DNA from: Octopus bimaculoides
Taxonomy: Eukaryota
Length of the DNA stretch: 64,000 bases
NCBI RefSeq assembly: GCF_001194135.2
Contig: NC_068993.1
Coordinates: forward strand, 1,372,814 to 1,436,813
Direction of reading: 5' to 3'
The notes under the pieces were generated by a model that was given only the letters and a program-made list of their open reading frames with translations, was not told where the DNA came from and ran no database searches. How positions within the stretch are numbered: the first letter of the stretch is position 1; each line of letters starts with the position of its first letter. Positions 13,201-25,110 of the stretch are shown in pieces. The position numbers and the translations under genes are program-made.

Positions 13201-16080
13201 GAAAATAACAATTATCCCTCTACCATTGATATTTGGAAAAATTTACCAGAATCAAATAAGCTGGCATAGATTTTACATCATTTGCTCCCAACAAATTCTT
13301 ACTGAAATTTTATTCCCAGAGAAGTATTGATTCTAAAACATTGTGTCTACAAAACTATGAATTCTAAACAACTCGGATCATTGAGCCAATAATTTCATCT
13401 GGAATTTCTTTAAAACAATTTATTGAAATCGATGCCTTGTATATTGTTTGCCCAGGTATTCTCCAATTCGAGGAATTGTCTTGAAACAAGCTAAAACATT
13501 TAAACTGTGTTAGATCTTCACATGTGTGGGTGGTATTTGAAATCTCTGTTTGATTCAGTGTTGAATTTCAGAAGGAAATTAGGCTAATTGGATATAATGA
13601 CTCTACTGGTCACACATACGTAATTTACTCGTCTAAATTGGTCCACTTCCTGCTCTTTTAGTTTCAACTTTTTTGTTTTCTTATTATATGATTTCCCTCC
13701 ATCTTTTGTACTTGTGTCTATATTGTTGTTGTTGTGTAGCACTAAGTCAACCCTGTTCATGCAAACCTAAAGCAAAAAGCCTTCCAACCATGACCATTTG
13801 GTCTATCCTATGTTCTAAAACCCTAGAACCACATGATACAATGTAACCTTTTTATAAGATGGTTGCATGTGATTTGAAGGAAATTTCACTGCTTTTTCTA
13901 GCTGGTTCAAGTATTGAGTGGGTTGTCAGATGAGGGAGGTGTTGGTATTGATTATCTGAAGTTCAAATCTAAAGCAAAGACTCAAATGATTGATTTTCCT
14001 GGTGAGATGCTGAAGGTGGCAAAACCTTATAGCACTGGGGATTCTGTAAAAAGGGATTCTCTTCATTCAAGGGTCAAACCACATCGATGTGATATCCCTA
14101 GTATATCATTCTCTTAAAGATATATAATCCAGGGCTACATTATTTAACATCTTTATAAGACAACAAGGTGTGATTTGAAGGTAGATTTTGCTGCTGTTTT
14201 TTGAAGGTCAAGCAACCCATGTAGGGATACCCTCCTCATTGACCTTCCTTATTAGTCTCTTCCCATGCAATGATATAGACCCTGTTTTTAACATCAAGTC
14301 ACAAAGGTCACCAGTTCAATTCTATAAAAACAGCACAAAATTTTCAAAAAGTAGTGGATTGTATTAAGAAGATGCTGGATGAAAATGTTGCTAGGGAATT
14401 AATGTGTGTGTGTGGATACACATATGTATGATCATGATCATCATCATCCGTTGACGTCCGTTTTCAATGCTGGCATGGGTGGGACAGTTTGACCAGAGCT
14501 GGGAAGCTAGGAAGCTGCACCAGGTTCCAGTCTGATTTGGCTTGATTTCTATGGTTGGATGGCCTTCCTAATGCCAACCATTTTACAGATGGTGCTTTTT
14601 ACACAAGATCAGCACAAGAGTTTTTACCTGATACTAACACAAATGCTTTTCACATGGCACCAGCAGTAAAATTTATTGATTTCAATAAAAAATTGAATAT
14701 TTAATAAATATTTATTTCCTTGAAGTAAAGCTTCCATCAAAGTAGGGGTCACAAATGAGAGGGCCAAATACTTGTGGCCTGAAGCTTTCCTGCTATCAAG
14801 TTTTCCAGCATACCTGCGTCACTGATTCTCCTGGGAAATCCATGAACATCACAGACTCCATTTCACTCCCTTCTGACAAAGAATGAATCCTTTTAATGGT
14901 CCCTACCTTAAATATATCAACATTAACTTAACTTTTGTTGTTCTATATTGACGGAGTCTCTTATTTATTCATTCTTAAAGTTTTATGAAGCTTCTGAAGA
15001 AGTCAAGTGAAAACCACTCCAGAATTTCCGGAAACTAACATATTTTATGAAATAATAAACTGATTGAAAAATGGTTGCGATCAAGTCAAACACAAAATAC
15101 ACTGACACACAAACATTTCTATAACTTTATTCCACCATATTTCGTGATTATTTTTCTCTATAAATCTTTTTTCTGAGTCAACAGATTCTTGACATAAAGT
15201 TAACTTACAACTATATCAAAATCACATGCTGCAAGTCTGCCTTAGTTAAGTCTTGTTCATTTGATCAGAATAACAGTTGCCAACTGCAGGAATGAGCTTT
15301 GTGGGGTGCAATAACTCTTTCAGAGTATCTTCCTCAACATTCTCCAGGGTAACTCTTTTACCATTTTGTCTGATCATACAATGAAACATTTGCATAGCTT
15401 TCTGGAATATATTTCACAATTGCAATGTCTGGCAAATGAGTGCCCATCACTAAGGATCGAAATCATGTGGTCTGGTGACCTCAGAGGTAGATGGAAGGGA
15501 ATTCTCTCCCTGCTTGCAATATATATTGAGTGCAGGTGCACTGAATAACCAGCTGGAGAAGGAGTCTTTCTGGGGTTAAAATAACAGTATCATTTGTTCT
15601 TAAAGAACACCCACGTTTAAAGGACTACGTCTCGAAATATTAACAGTTTCAGGGAAAAAAGAAAACTATCTTCTACGCAAAATAGGAAAATCTTTTAGAA
15701 TAGGGTGGCCACCAGTTATATAACAATGATGATGCATAATTTATTTCTGGCCGGCCAATTAATGCTAATTATCCAGAATTTTCTTTCTTTCTCTTTTTTT
15801 TTTTTTTTGATTACGTAAGTTTTAATTTGGTTCTATTTTCATTAAGTACAAAAAGTGTAAAATAATTTATTATTTGTAAATAGCAAAAAAAAAAGAAGTG
15901 TTGCAGCAAAACTACTTTGATAGATAAAGAGAGAATAAGTGAATAGGATTTAAATTGTAGACAAAGGGAAGGTGTAATATTTACGGTTTGTAAGAGAAGC
16001 GCACGCTCCCATTGAAACGATACCAAGGAAATGGTAAAGTGGCACTTGAAGTAATTAGAAGACACCCATCCTTTGTGATG

Positions 16081-16088
16081 TGACGTCA
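16081..16088. promoter_or_regulatory. Perfect CRE palindrome TGACGTCA upstream of the PLPP start codon
   Basis: An exact 8-bp CREB/ATF consensus 76 bp upstream of ATG 16164, in a CpG-containing promoter-like stretch. Function is unproven. Confidence 0.4.
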
Positions 16089-16163
16089 ACTTGGGTTGTG
16101 AGATTCTGCAATAAAAGCATCAATGATTGAAGAAAATAACATTGTAAAGAAACAACACTCACA

Positions 16164-19100
16164 ATGCCAGCAACTACTTGTTCTGCTTATTCCAATTTTT
16201 GTAATCTTAAAGACATCTTGGGACTGACTCCATTCAATCTCTTCATTGATGGCCTTATATGGATCCTGGGTGAGAATCACAATTCTTATTGATGCATTTA
16301 TTTATATTAGATGTGGCATATATGCATATATATATACATACACACACACACCACACTTATTTGTATGTGTGTGTTTACTCACATAGATATATATATATAT
16401 ATATATATAAACATATGCACACACACACATGTAGCGTATGCATATTTATAAAAAGTGTATGTGGTTATGTTTGTGTATGTGTGCATGTATGTGTGTATAT
16501 ATATATATATATACATCATTATTATTAAAGCTATAAAAATATCACAAAAACTGCTACTCAGGGTTTCACGTTCCCGTTTGTTGACCAGTTTAGATTGAGT
16601 GTGAGGTGCACTGAATAACCAGCTGTAGGAAGAGTCCTCCTGGGGTTAAAATAGTAGTATCACCTGTTCTTAATGAACACCCTTGTTTAAAGGACTACTT
16701 CTCACTCAGAAGTAGTCAGTGCACCTCACACTCAATCTAAATTGTCCGACAAATGGGAATGTGAAACTGAGTAGCAGTTTTTTGTGATGTTTTTGTAGCT
16801 TTAATGATAATAAAGCATATTACTCTACCTCCTGTAGTTGAGTACTATTTTTCCCCACCTTGTTTCACATTCATATACTTACTTGTATAAATATATGCAT
16901 GCATATATATATATATAGTATAATAAATGGTGAAGGCACATAGTCTTATGGTTAGGATGCTGCACTGAAGATCATAAGACTGGTTCAATTCTCAGACTGG
17001 GCAGTGTGTTGTGCAAAACACTTCATTTCACATTGATCTGTAATCATTTCAACATAAGATGCATAGCACACCTGTGCACCTGTACAGGTAATGTCAGTTT
17101 GATGGAGGGAGTGAGCTTATGTGAACATAAACATTTGATCCCTATAAACAAGTCATCAGCAAGATATTGCTGAACCCTCCTCCATCGTTTAGCAACGGGA
17201 GAGTCTGAAATTGTATATTTATAAGTAGTATTTATGTATGCATGCATCTATAAATAAATTGTACTGCATATGTGTATGTGTGTATTATGCAGTATATGGG
17301 TGTGTGTGTATAAGTATTATATAGTAAAACAGCAATGTTAGCAGCTGTGGTTAGAAAATGAAGTACTTTATTAAGAGGTGGTGTGAAATCTGTAGTTTAG
17401 TCACCACAAACACAACATATATAATATTACACTATAAAGGTTTCTTGATTCTCCATTTATTTTATAAACTTTATATATCAGGATTCCTCTCTCTCTCTCT
17501 CTTTCTCTTCACACCTTCCTCTATGTGCCACATATCTTCACCACTCTTTTATCTTTAGTTTCCATTTATGAACTATTATCTGCATCCACTAAAAGTGTTA
17601 TTCTTTCGACAACTTCGTTTCCAGTGGCTTTACCACTTCCGTTGATGTATATGTACATTGAACCAACTAAGAAGGGTTTCTTTTGCAATGACCAATCCTT
17701 GCGTTATCCATACAAACCAGATACAGTTTCCACGAACTTCCTGTACTTGGCCGCATGTCTCACTCCTTTGGTGCTGGTGAGTTACTATCAACACATTTCA
17801 TTTCAACTTATTTAACAATGATTTCCTATTTTTAAATTCACTCATCTTCAAATCTAAAGGAGATCTCAATTAGTATTAAATTCAAATCGTTTTGCTTTTA
17901 TTTTTTAACTTTCAACAACGATGCTCTTTGTTTGATCTTTACATTTTAGAAGAAAAAATTTTTTTTTTTTTAATATTGCCATTCATCATCATCGTCATCG
18001 TCGTCGCCGTCATCATCACCATCATCATTATGTAATATGAAACTGAATTAGATAACATAATTGAATAATAAATATTATAGAGAAATAACGTGTTACCAAT
18101 ATGATAAAATATGATACCAAAACAAGAGTAACATACGAGGTATTCCAATATAAAATTAAATATTGAACAGCAACAGGGAGAAATACATCCAGGTTCAATG
18201 TGTCTCTCAGTGAACACAGGGGGAACCAAAATGTTCACTGAGGGACACATTGAACCTTTAGTCATGTAAACTGTGTTAACTTCGATGGTAAACAGTTAAG
18301 TTTGTGTAAGCTGTGTCAGTATTTCAAATTACTGTATTCCTTTTTTAGGTTTGTGGTACTGAATGGCTAAATTGGCAAGTACTGAGGAAATATATTGGCA
18401 AAGGAACTCAACTGTCCACAACTGTAAGGGTATACACAATATTTCTGTTTGGCATCACCTTAAACCAGTTTTTTGTTGATGTTCCCAAATATTTTATGGG
18501 AAGTATGAGACCCAACTTCTTTGCTGTTTGTCGACCCAACGTAAATTGTACAAAAGACGAGTAAGTAAACTTATCTAAATTCAGGTTTTTCTGTCATTGT
18601 TGTGTTTTGAAAAATCATTAACAGAATAATTATTATTAATTACATCAATGTGGTGGGGTGTATGGAGTGGATTAACAGAATCATTAGAACCTTGACAAAA
18701 CGCTTTGAGGTATTTATTCTGCATCTTTAAGTTCTGACTTCAAATCTTGCTGAAGTCAACTTTCCTCTCATCCTTCAGGAGTTAATGAAATAAAGTACCA
18801 GTCACATACTAGGGTCTGTTTAATTGACTGAGACTCACATCTCCAAGGAAGTACAACACCTGTACTTCCTTGGAGATGTGAGTCATTTGAGTATTGTTTA
18901 TTGTTTAAAGGCCAGCAGGAGTGTAAAGCCCCTAACATCTGCAGTATCCCTGTGGGGTGTAACAAAACCAGGGATTACTAGTTTTGAAACAAATAAAACC
19001 AGAAAAATGCCAGAGACAGCCTCCTTTAATTAACGAGATAGGTGAGGTGTCTGTCATTGTACTTGACACAAGGTGACAGATGGAAGATATAAATAAATGG

Positions 19101-21656
19101 CAACAATATTTATGTTGCCATTGTAAAACGAAATTGGTTCCATGTGAAAGAAAGAGCTTCACACCACTGCAACCACCAACAACAACTCCATGATTGCTAA
19201 CACCACCCACCACTAACACTACCACCAACACCACTATATAGCACTTTATCATCAATATTTGTATTAAAAAAAAAAAAAAACTCGTAACTCATACAAATGA
19301 AATATTTTCATGAAATTTATGAAATATCAAACTGAATTTTTGTCTCTGCTTCTCGTCTGAATGGATTTATGATTTTGCTTTGATTAATTAGAATCATAAT
19401 TTTTAATTATAATTGTTAATTAGAATGATATAATTATTTGTCAGTTTGAAAATAACAAATAAAACTTCGTTCAGAATTAACCACTTCTAACTTATAGATT
19501 AGAATAGAATTTAATCTGGCACCCAGTTGAAGACCTGGTCTTTGGATATGTTTAGTGAAGTCCATTCATTATCCTTTGACATTTGTTTTCCATGTTAGAC
19601 ATTGGTTGGATTCTTTAACTGGATCCAATAAACCAGTGGACTGCACTCTGCTCCAATGTCTGCTTCGGCAGGGTTATTTTTAGCTAGATGGCCTTCTGAA
19701 ACCCAGGTGAATTGGGTGCTTTTGTCAAGGCACTAGTGAGGTCACCTTACAACTTACAAGACTGAGGGCCTAAAATGACCAATATATCTGAAAGGGAATA
19801 GTAGAGAGGCATTGCAAGTACTTCACCCTTTGGCGTTCAGATTTCTCTCTCAAATGTCCAGCTCATATCTTCCTGTTGTCTTGAATTTGTTGTGCATTAT
19901 GTCATAACTTTGAGATTTCTATGACGTGATTGTTTATTTTTAGAGTGACATTGTTGGGTCGTTGTAAGGGGCCAGATTTGGTTAATTTGAAGATAAAGTA
20001 GGTGTCTATGCAATAAAAACAATTATTTAGTAAAAAAGGGGTCAGTTGATCAGATCTGAGAGTTACATAATGAAAAGATTATTTGGTCAGGTAGAAAATT
20101 CTATAAAAATAATTTAAATGTTTCAAAATTGTTTCTTTTGAAGATAAATTCTAATAAACACCGAAGGATGTTGACATAAACTTCGATTAAAACTATTTTA
20201 TTTAACAGATTCGTCTATAATTACACATGCACCAATACAGAATTTAATGCTTTGAAACAAAGGGAAGCTTTGTTGTCGTTTCCATCAGGTCATGCAGCCA
20301 TTTCTGTATACACAGCACTCTACACTGTTGTAAGTTAGAAATTATTATCGCATTATTTACCTTGAAATCTCATTAGGTCACATGATACCTATTGCAACTA
20401 TGTCTCTCATTATATCACCCTAGAGCAACTATCACATCTTTCATTACATCATATCATAGCTACTTTCCCATCTCTCATTATATCACGTCATAACTACAAC
20501 CACCATATTTCTCTTATGACATCATAGCCACAACTATCATATTTCTTGTTATATCAGATTATAACTACTTTAGTTACATGTCTCTTTGTACCCTGTCATA
20601 GCTACTACCATCATATTTCTAACAATGACACGTCATAGATGTTGCTATCAACAACCTTGTTATGACATTAAATAATTTTGTCATTGCTGTTACTTCAAAT
20701 AAAAGTTGATTTTTTTTTTTTAAGAAATAAAATGTGTTTTTTAATTTGTTTGTTTTTTATTTCCAAAATTCCTGATGATCCAAAATTTACATTTTCATTT
20801 TACAGTTGTATCTGGAACTTCGATTTGAAGTGAAAGTGAGTCGTTTCTTCAAAGCATCCCTCCAGATGGCTCTGTTAGTTGTATCAGCCTGGAGTGTCAT
20901 TACTCGAGTCTCTGACAATAAACACCACTTAATCGATGTCATTGCTGGTTCTGCTGTTGGTATAATGGTTGCAACTGGTGTTGTAAGTAAATCAACTTTC
21001 TTCAGAATTGTTGCTTTTCTTCATAAATGGAAGTATCTCTGTGTTGCAACGATTGATCAAATTTCAATACAATATTCCTTGTTTAATGAACCAACAAACA
21101 AGCCAGAAATAGCAACTAAATTTCTGTCATATCAAATTCTCCCATTTTTAAAAAGGAATACATTGGATGATGTAATTCATGGTAGACAATGCCTGAAAGC
21201 AAAAGGCATTGTCACAAACCAACCGTCATGTGTTGTGACTCTTGTACATCATTGATATGGTATACAAGGTTGGATGTCCTCCCTATCACCATTTCACATC
21301 ATGGACTGGAGGTATTTTATTATGCCAGCAACACTGGAGAAGATGTCTCCTCTAAGACTTGTGTCTACTCAATGTTGCCTCTGATTGTTCCTTCAAGAAA
21401 AAAGGCTTCTATATTATATAAGAGAAATTTCATTACAAAATTATTTTCCAAAAAACCCAATTTCAAAATAATTTAAAGAAAGTTTTTAAAATAATGTAAT
21501 CTTTTTTATTTCTTTACCTTTCAGTTCACCAAAATTACTTGTCCCAGCTTAAGTCAACAAAAAGTGAAGAGGGGGACAGAGAAGAAAGAAAAGAGGGAAA
21601 AGAATGAGAAGAACGAAAAGGACCAATATGAATGTACGACTTTGACAATGGCTTGA
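16164..21656 (+). CDS. Phospholipid phosphatase of the PAP2/LPP (PLPP1-3, wunen-like) family, 299 aa, 6 exons
   Basis: Exons 16164-16269, 17625-17776, 18349-18560, 20209-20329, 20806-20982 and 21525-21656 join in phase (900 nt). All three PAP2 motifs are present: C1 KYFMGSMRP (K-x6-RP), C2 SFPSGH and C3 TRVSDNKHHLID, plus GFFCNDQSLRYPY. Exon 1 and the last exon are less certain than the internal exons. Orthology to one vertebrate paralogue cannot be decided. Confidence 0.9.
16519..16880. mobile_element. Fold-back element with ~90-bp inverted arms in PLPP intron 1, enclosing a copy of 15525-15633
   Basis: Left arm ATTAAAGCTATAAAAATATCACAAAAACTGCTACTCAG...GAGTGTGAGGTGCACTGA. The right arm is its near reverse complement (about 16716-16813), and the spacer matches sequence ~1.07 kb upstream. 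Confidence 0.75.
20393..20650 (+). repeat. Degenerate 34-37-bp minisatellite (~8 units) in PLPP intron 4
   Basis: Recurrent TAGC(A/T)ACT...CAT(A/C)T(C/T)TC...TATCA units. Confidence 0.6.
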
Positions 21657-21661
21657 AATAC

Positions 21662-21705
<44 letters not shown>

Positions 21706-22269
21706 AAATGCAGATATAATGGAAAGAACAAAGAAGGCGTTTCTACAGAGAAATAACACACACACACACANNNNNNNNNNAAGCATAAAGTCAGACATTT
21801 TAAAATTTCAGAAAACAATTGATGGTGACTGTAATGTTTCATCATGGTTAACTTTGGCAGTCCAAGTATGCCAACCATTAGTGAAACTTCAAAGTTACTG
21901 TCAAGAATGTGTCTATATATATATATATATACATACACATACACACACTCTCATACAGACATACATACATAAATGTGTGTGTGTGTGTGTATAAATATAT
22001 ATATGTGTGTATATATATATATATGTGTGTATATATATATATATATGTGTGTGTATATATATATATGTTCATCTCCTAGGCTTCCTGCCTCAAGGATTTC
22101 ACTCAACACACACCAGTTCAACTTAATTCATCTTTATTTGTTGAAAGACACCTGTTGTTATTTTCTTGTGGCTTCTATTTGTAATTGTGTAACATTTTCT
22201 CCATTTTTTTTTTTGTCTTTGTTGTCATACACATTCGCTTGCTTTCTCCCGCAAAATTTAATGTTCTTA

Positions 22270-22495
22270 GCTTAGACTTTTGGGGCCAGCCAGATTTGAA
22301 CAATCTCCAGTGTAACCAGCTGAAACTGTAAGGATGATCTGGAAACTTGACTGATGAGAGAAGGCTGCAAATGATCCTTCCTTGTTTTTTTCCCGTCCGT
22401 CTTTTTATTGTTTCTCCTTCTTGTCTTTGAATCGTCTATCTGTCCGGATGTTTTACTGTTGTCTGTTGTGTTCTTGTTCCCTTTTTGGGATTTGT
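22270..22495 (+). mobile_element. Penelope-like element 3' terminal fragment
   Basis: The reading ...[14 protein letters not shown] resembles the P-x-LN end of PLE GIY-YIG domains. It is followed by CTGATGA plus a GAAGG/CCTTC stem and a pyrimidine-rich tail. Confidence 0.4.
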
Positions 22496-22496
22496 G

Positions 22497-22514
22497 TGTG
22501 TGTGTGTGTGTGTA

Positions 22515-22587
<73 letters not shown>

Positions 22588-22660
22588 GTATATGCATATA
22601 TATATATGTATGTATATGCATATATGTTTGTATGTATATATATATATATATGTACATATG
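22497..22660. repeat. Compound (TG)n/(TA)n microsatellite
   Basis: Directly visible. Similar tracts occur near 1777, 21660, 21900-22070, 26481, 31095, 43125, 43342, 43555 and 46580. Confidence 0.95.
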
Positions 22661-22671
22661 CATATGTGGGG

Positions 22672-22912
22672 ATGTGTGGCTTAGTGGTTAGGGTGTCAGC
22701 ATCATGATCGTAAGATTGTGGTTTCGATTCCTGGACCGGGCGACGCATTGTGTTCTTGAGCAAAACACTTCATTTCACGTTGCTGCAATCCACTCAGCTG
22801 GCAAAAATGAGTAATGCTGCGATGGACTGGCGTCCCATCCAGCTGGGGAACACATACGCCATTGAAACCAGGAAACCGGGTCCATGAGCCTGGCTGGGCT
22901 TTAAAAGGGCAC
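22672..22912 (+). mobile_element. Well-preserved tRNA-derived SINE with CORE-like central part
   Basis: A-box GTGGCTTAGTGG, B-box GTTTCGATTCC, TTGAGCAAAACACTTCA and GCGATGGACTGGCGTCCCATCCAG. An inverted partial copy lies at about 3481-3575. Confidence 0.75.
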
Positions 22913-23189
22913 ATTTATTTTTGTTTATTTACATATGCATATATGTATGTGTATGTGTGTATGTATGTGTATGTGTGTATGTATGTGTATGATTGATTCA
23001 CTATAAAGTGATAAATTACAGAACTCAGTATGTGAAAGTACACATCAATATAATTATGTAACATATTTTCTTATATCAAATTTAAACTGACTATATATAT
23101 ATATATATACACATATATATATACACACATATATATATACACACTACTCATCTTTCATTTACATCTATTCTACTAAGCTTGCTTTAGTT

Positions 23190-25110
23190 TGAGAAATCCT
23201 TTCCCACACAGCTTCTTACTATTTCTAGCCATCTTTGTCATCTCCTTCTTAAGGTTCATCTTTCACATAATTGCTCTCTTCTACAGGTTCCTTCCACTTG
23301 CATCATTTGGCAATTCTTTGCCAAACTCTCATCCTCCATACACATCATATGTCTGCACTGCACATTCTTCAGTCTTCTCTCTTGAGTTCCACATCTGATT
23401 CCTTTTATAGGCATCTCTTCCTGCTTATTCTTCAAGGTGTCGAGCAAGGCCCCTTCCCAGATATCACCAGAGTTCTATCTTATTTCCTGCTATCTTAAGC
23501 TTTTGTCTTTGCTTTGTTTACTCCAAGACTAGGCATTGTTTCCACATTAGGGATTTCTTCTATAATTTTTCAACGGATTCAGGTATGAAGTTTAAATTTG
23601 TGACAAACAAAACTTCCCACAGAGAGCCAATCTTAAATTCCTTTGTTATGGTCTGAAGAACTATGATAAAGAGGAAGAGACGGAGACCTGTTCCTGCCTG
23701 ATAAGTTCTTCCTTCAACTCATTGCCATCTCTTACCTTTCTGACAGACTCTCCATACAAAGTTTGCACAGTCCTCACAGACTTTTTACCTGTGCCTAGTT
23801 TTTTTAGGGACAACCATACTACAAAGCATGACTCCCATTAAAAGATCATTTCCCCATCAACAAATGCTAGGTATAAAATCTTGCCCTTTGTTAAAAACTT
23901 CTCTCATTATTGTTTTAATTGAAAGGGGACATTACAGGTCTCCCAGACGGTCACAAATCTGAACTCTGGTCCCATCAAACTTAATTCTCTCTCTTCATCA
24001 ATTCTGTTAAGACGCTTCTGCCATTACTTTCGTAACTTGGTCCATTCATTTGATATTTCTGAAGTTGCTTCTTTTTAAAGCATCTCATTTACCCTTGTAG
24101 TTGTTGTTGTTGATGATGATGATACTGCTACACCAGTAACTGATAATGACCCTTACATCTACTACCAGATTGAATAGGTGAGTAATTAGTGCATGTCATA
24201 CTTTGCCAAATACTTCCACCATTTTAGCAATTGCCACTCACTGCTTTCACTATTTTCATATCTTTAATGGCCATTTTGACTATTGACACTTTACACCAAC
24301 AATACCTTCATTTACTTTGCCAGACTGCTTTGTACTTCATATCTCTTCTCATCTCAGAACATCACTCTGACTTTCTATATCTGCTCTGGCTGAGTTCACC
24401 TGATTCTAGCTTCTCCTTCAGGATCATCATATTGTTACTTGCACTTTTTTCAATTCTTTCTCTGCTTCTCTCTTAGCTTTTAGACTTCTGTTTATTGTAC
24501 CATTTCACTACCAAGTTACTTTCCATCTAGCAGGAACTTTGCTTCAACCAATGATCTGGTCTACAGTGCACAGCAGATTGTCTTCAAGACACTACAAGCT
24601 GTCTTCTATCCACAAGTTTCTATATTCTCCTTCCTTCTCAACAATCTGGCTACAGGTTCTTCTAGCTTACATACCATTCATTTCATATTGTCTTGTATCT
24701 CTGAGACCATCTAGCGCTTATTCTGATATTGCTCACCTATATTTAATGGAACTTTTCGCTTGCATGTCCACCTGACAGGTAGGTGATCAGGTATCTGACA
24801 GTTTCCTGAAGTTAATGGTTGGGTCATTTACATCACAAAACTCCAAGTGCCTTGATCTTTCTTCATTTTGTGTACCATCTCCACATCTTCCAACAATATC
24901 CCTACTCGACTGACATACCAACCCAGAAGAATTTGTTTCCATGGTTCTATCCTGTGAGGGGTCCAACTGAAAATCTCCTTCATTTAATCTCTTCTACTCA
25001 CTCCTCATCCACTCATCTTCTCCACCCTTGCAGCTTCTCCATCTCCCTACACTCACCTTTCATCATGCCAGTGTTAAGGGCAGCAACCCTTAAGTTTTGC
25101 TCCTGACCCA
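23190..25110 (-). mobile_element. Heavily degenerate RTE-clade LINE (APE endonuclease to RT C-terminus)
   Basis: Minus-strand peptides LRVAALNTGMMKG (APE start), LFIIVLQTITKEFKIG (RT motif region) and GIRCGTQERRL (RTE C-terminus) occur in the expected order, with many stops, frameshifts and deletions. Confidence 0.8.

Noticed and set aside
16248-16312. Alternative PLPP first exon MALYGSWVRITILIDAFIYIR
   Set aside because: It needs a weak AT|GTGGCA donor. The frame from ATG 16164 uses a strong G|GTGAGA donor and gives the better FIDGLIWIL|VALP match.
20983-21255. Read-through extension of PLPP exon 5 (ORF 20806-21255)
   Set aside because: A strong GTAAGT donor at 20983 and a good acceptor at 21524 explain it as an intron.
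21812-21994. Possible alternative PLPP terminal exon after TTTCAG
   Set aside because: The frame runs into microsatellite sequence and shows no family similarity; it is probably 3' UTR.
22672-22745. tRNA-like sequence (also 1030-1109, 6565-6660, 28688-28760)
   Set aside because: A/B boxes are present but there is no complete cloverleaf, and each continues into a SINE body.
22272-22763. 163-aa minus-strand ORF with a Lys/Arg-rich segment
   Set aside because: It is composed of a SINE, a (TA)n microsatellite and the antisense of a repeat tail, with no recognisable domain.
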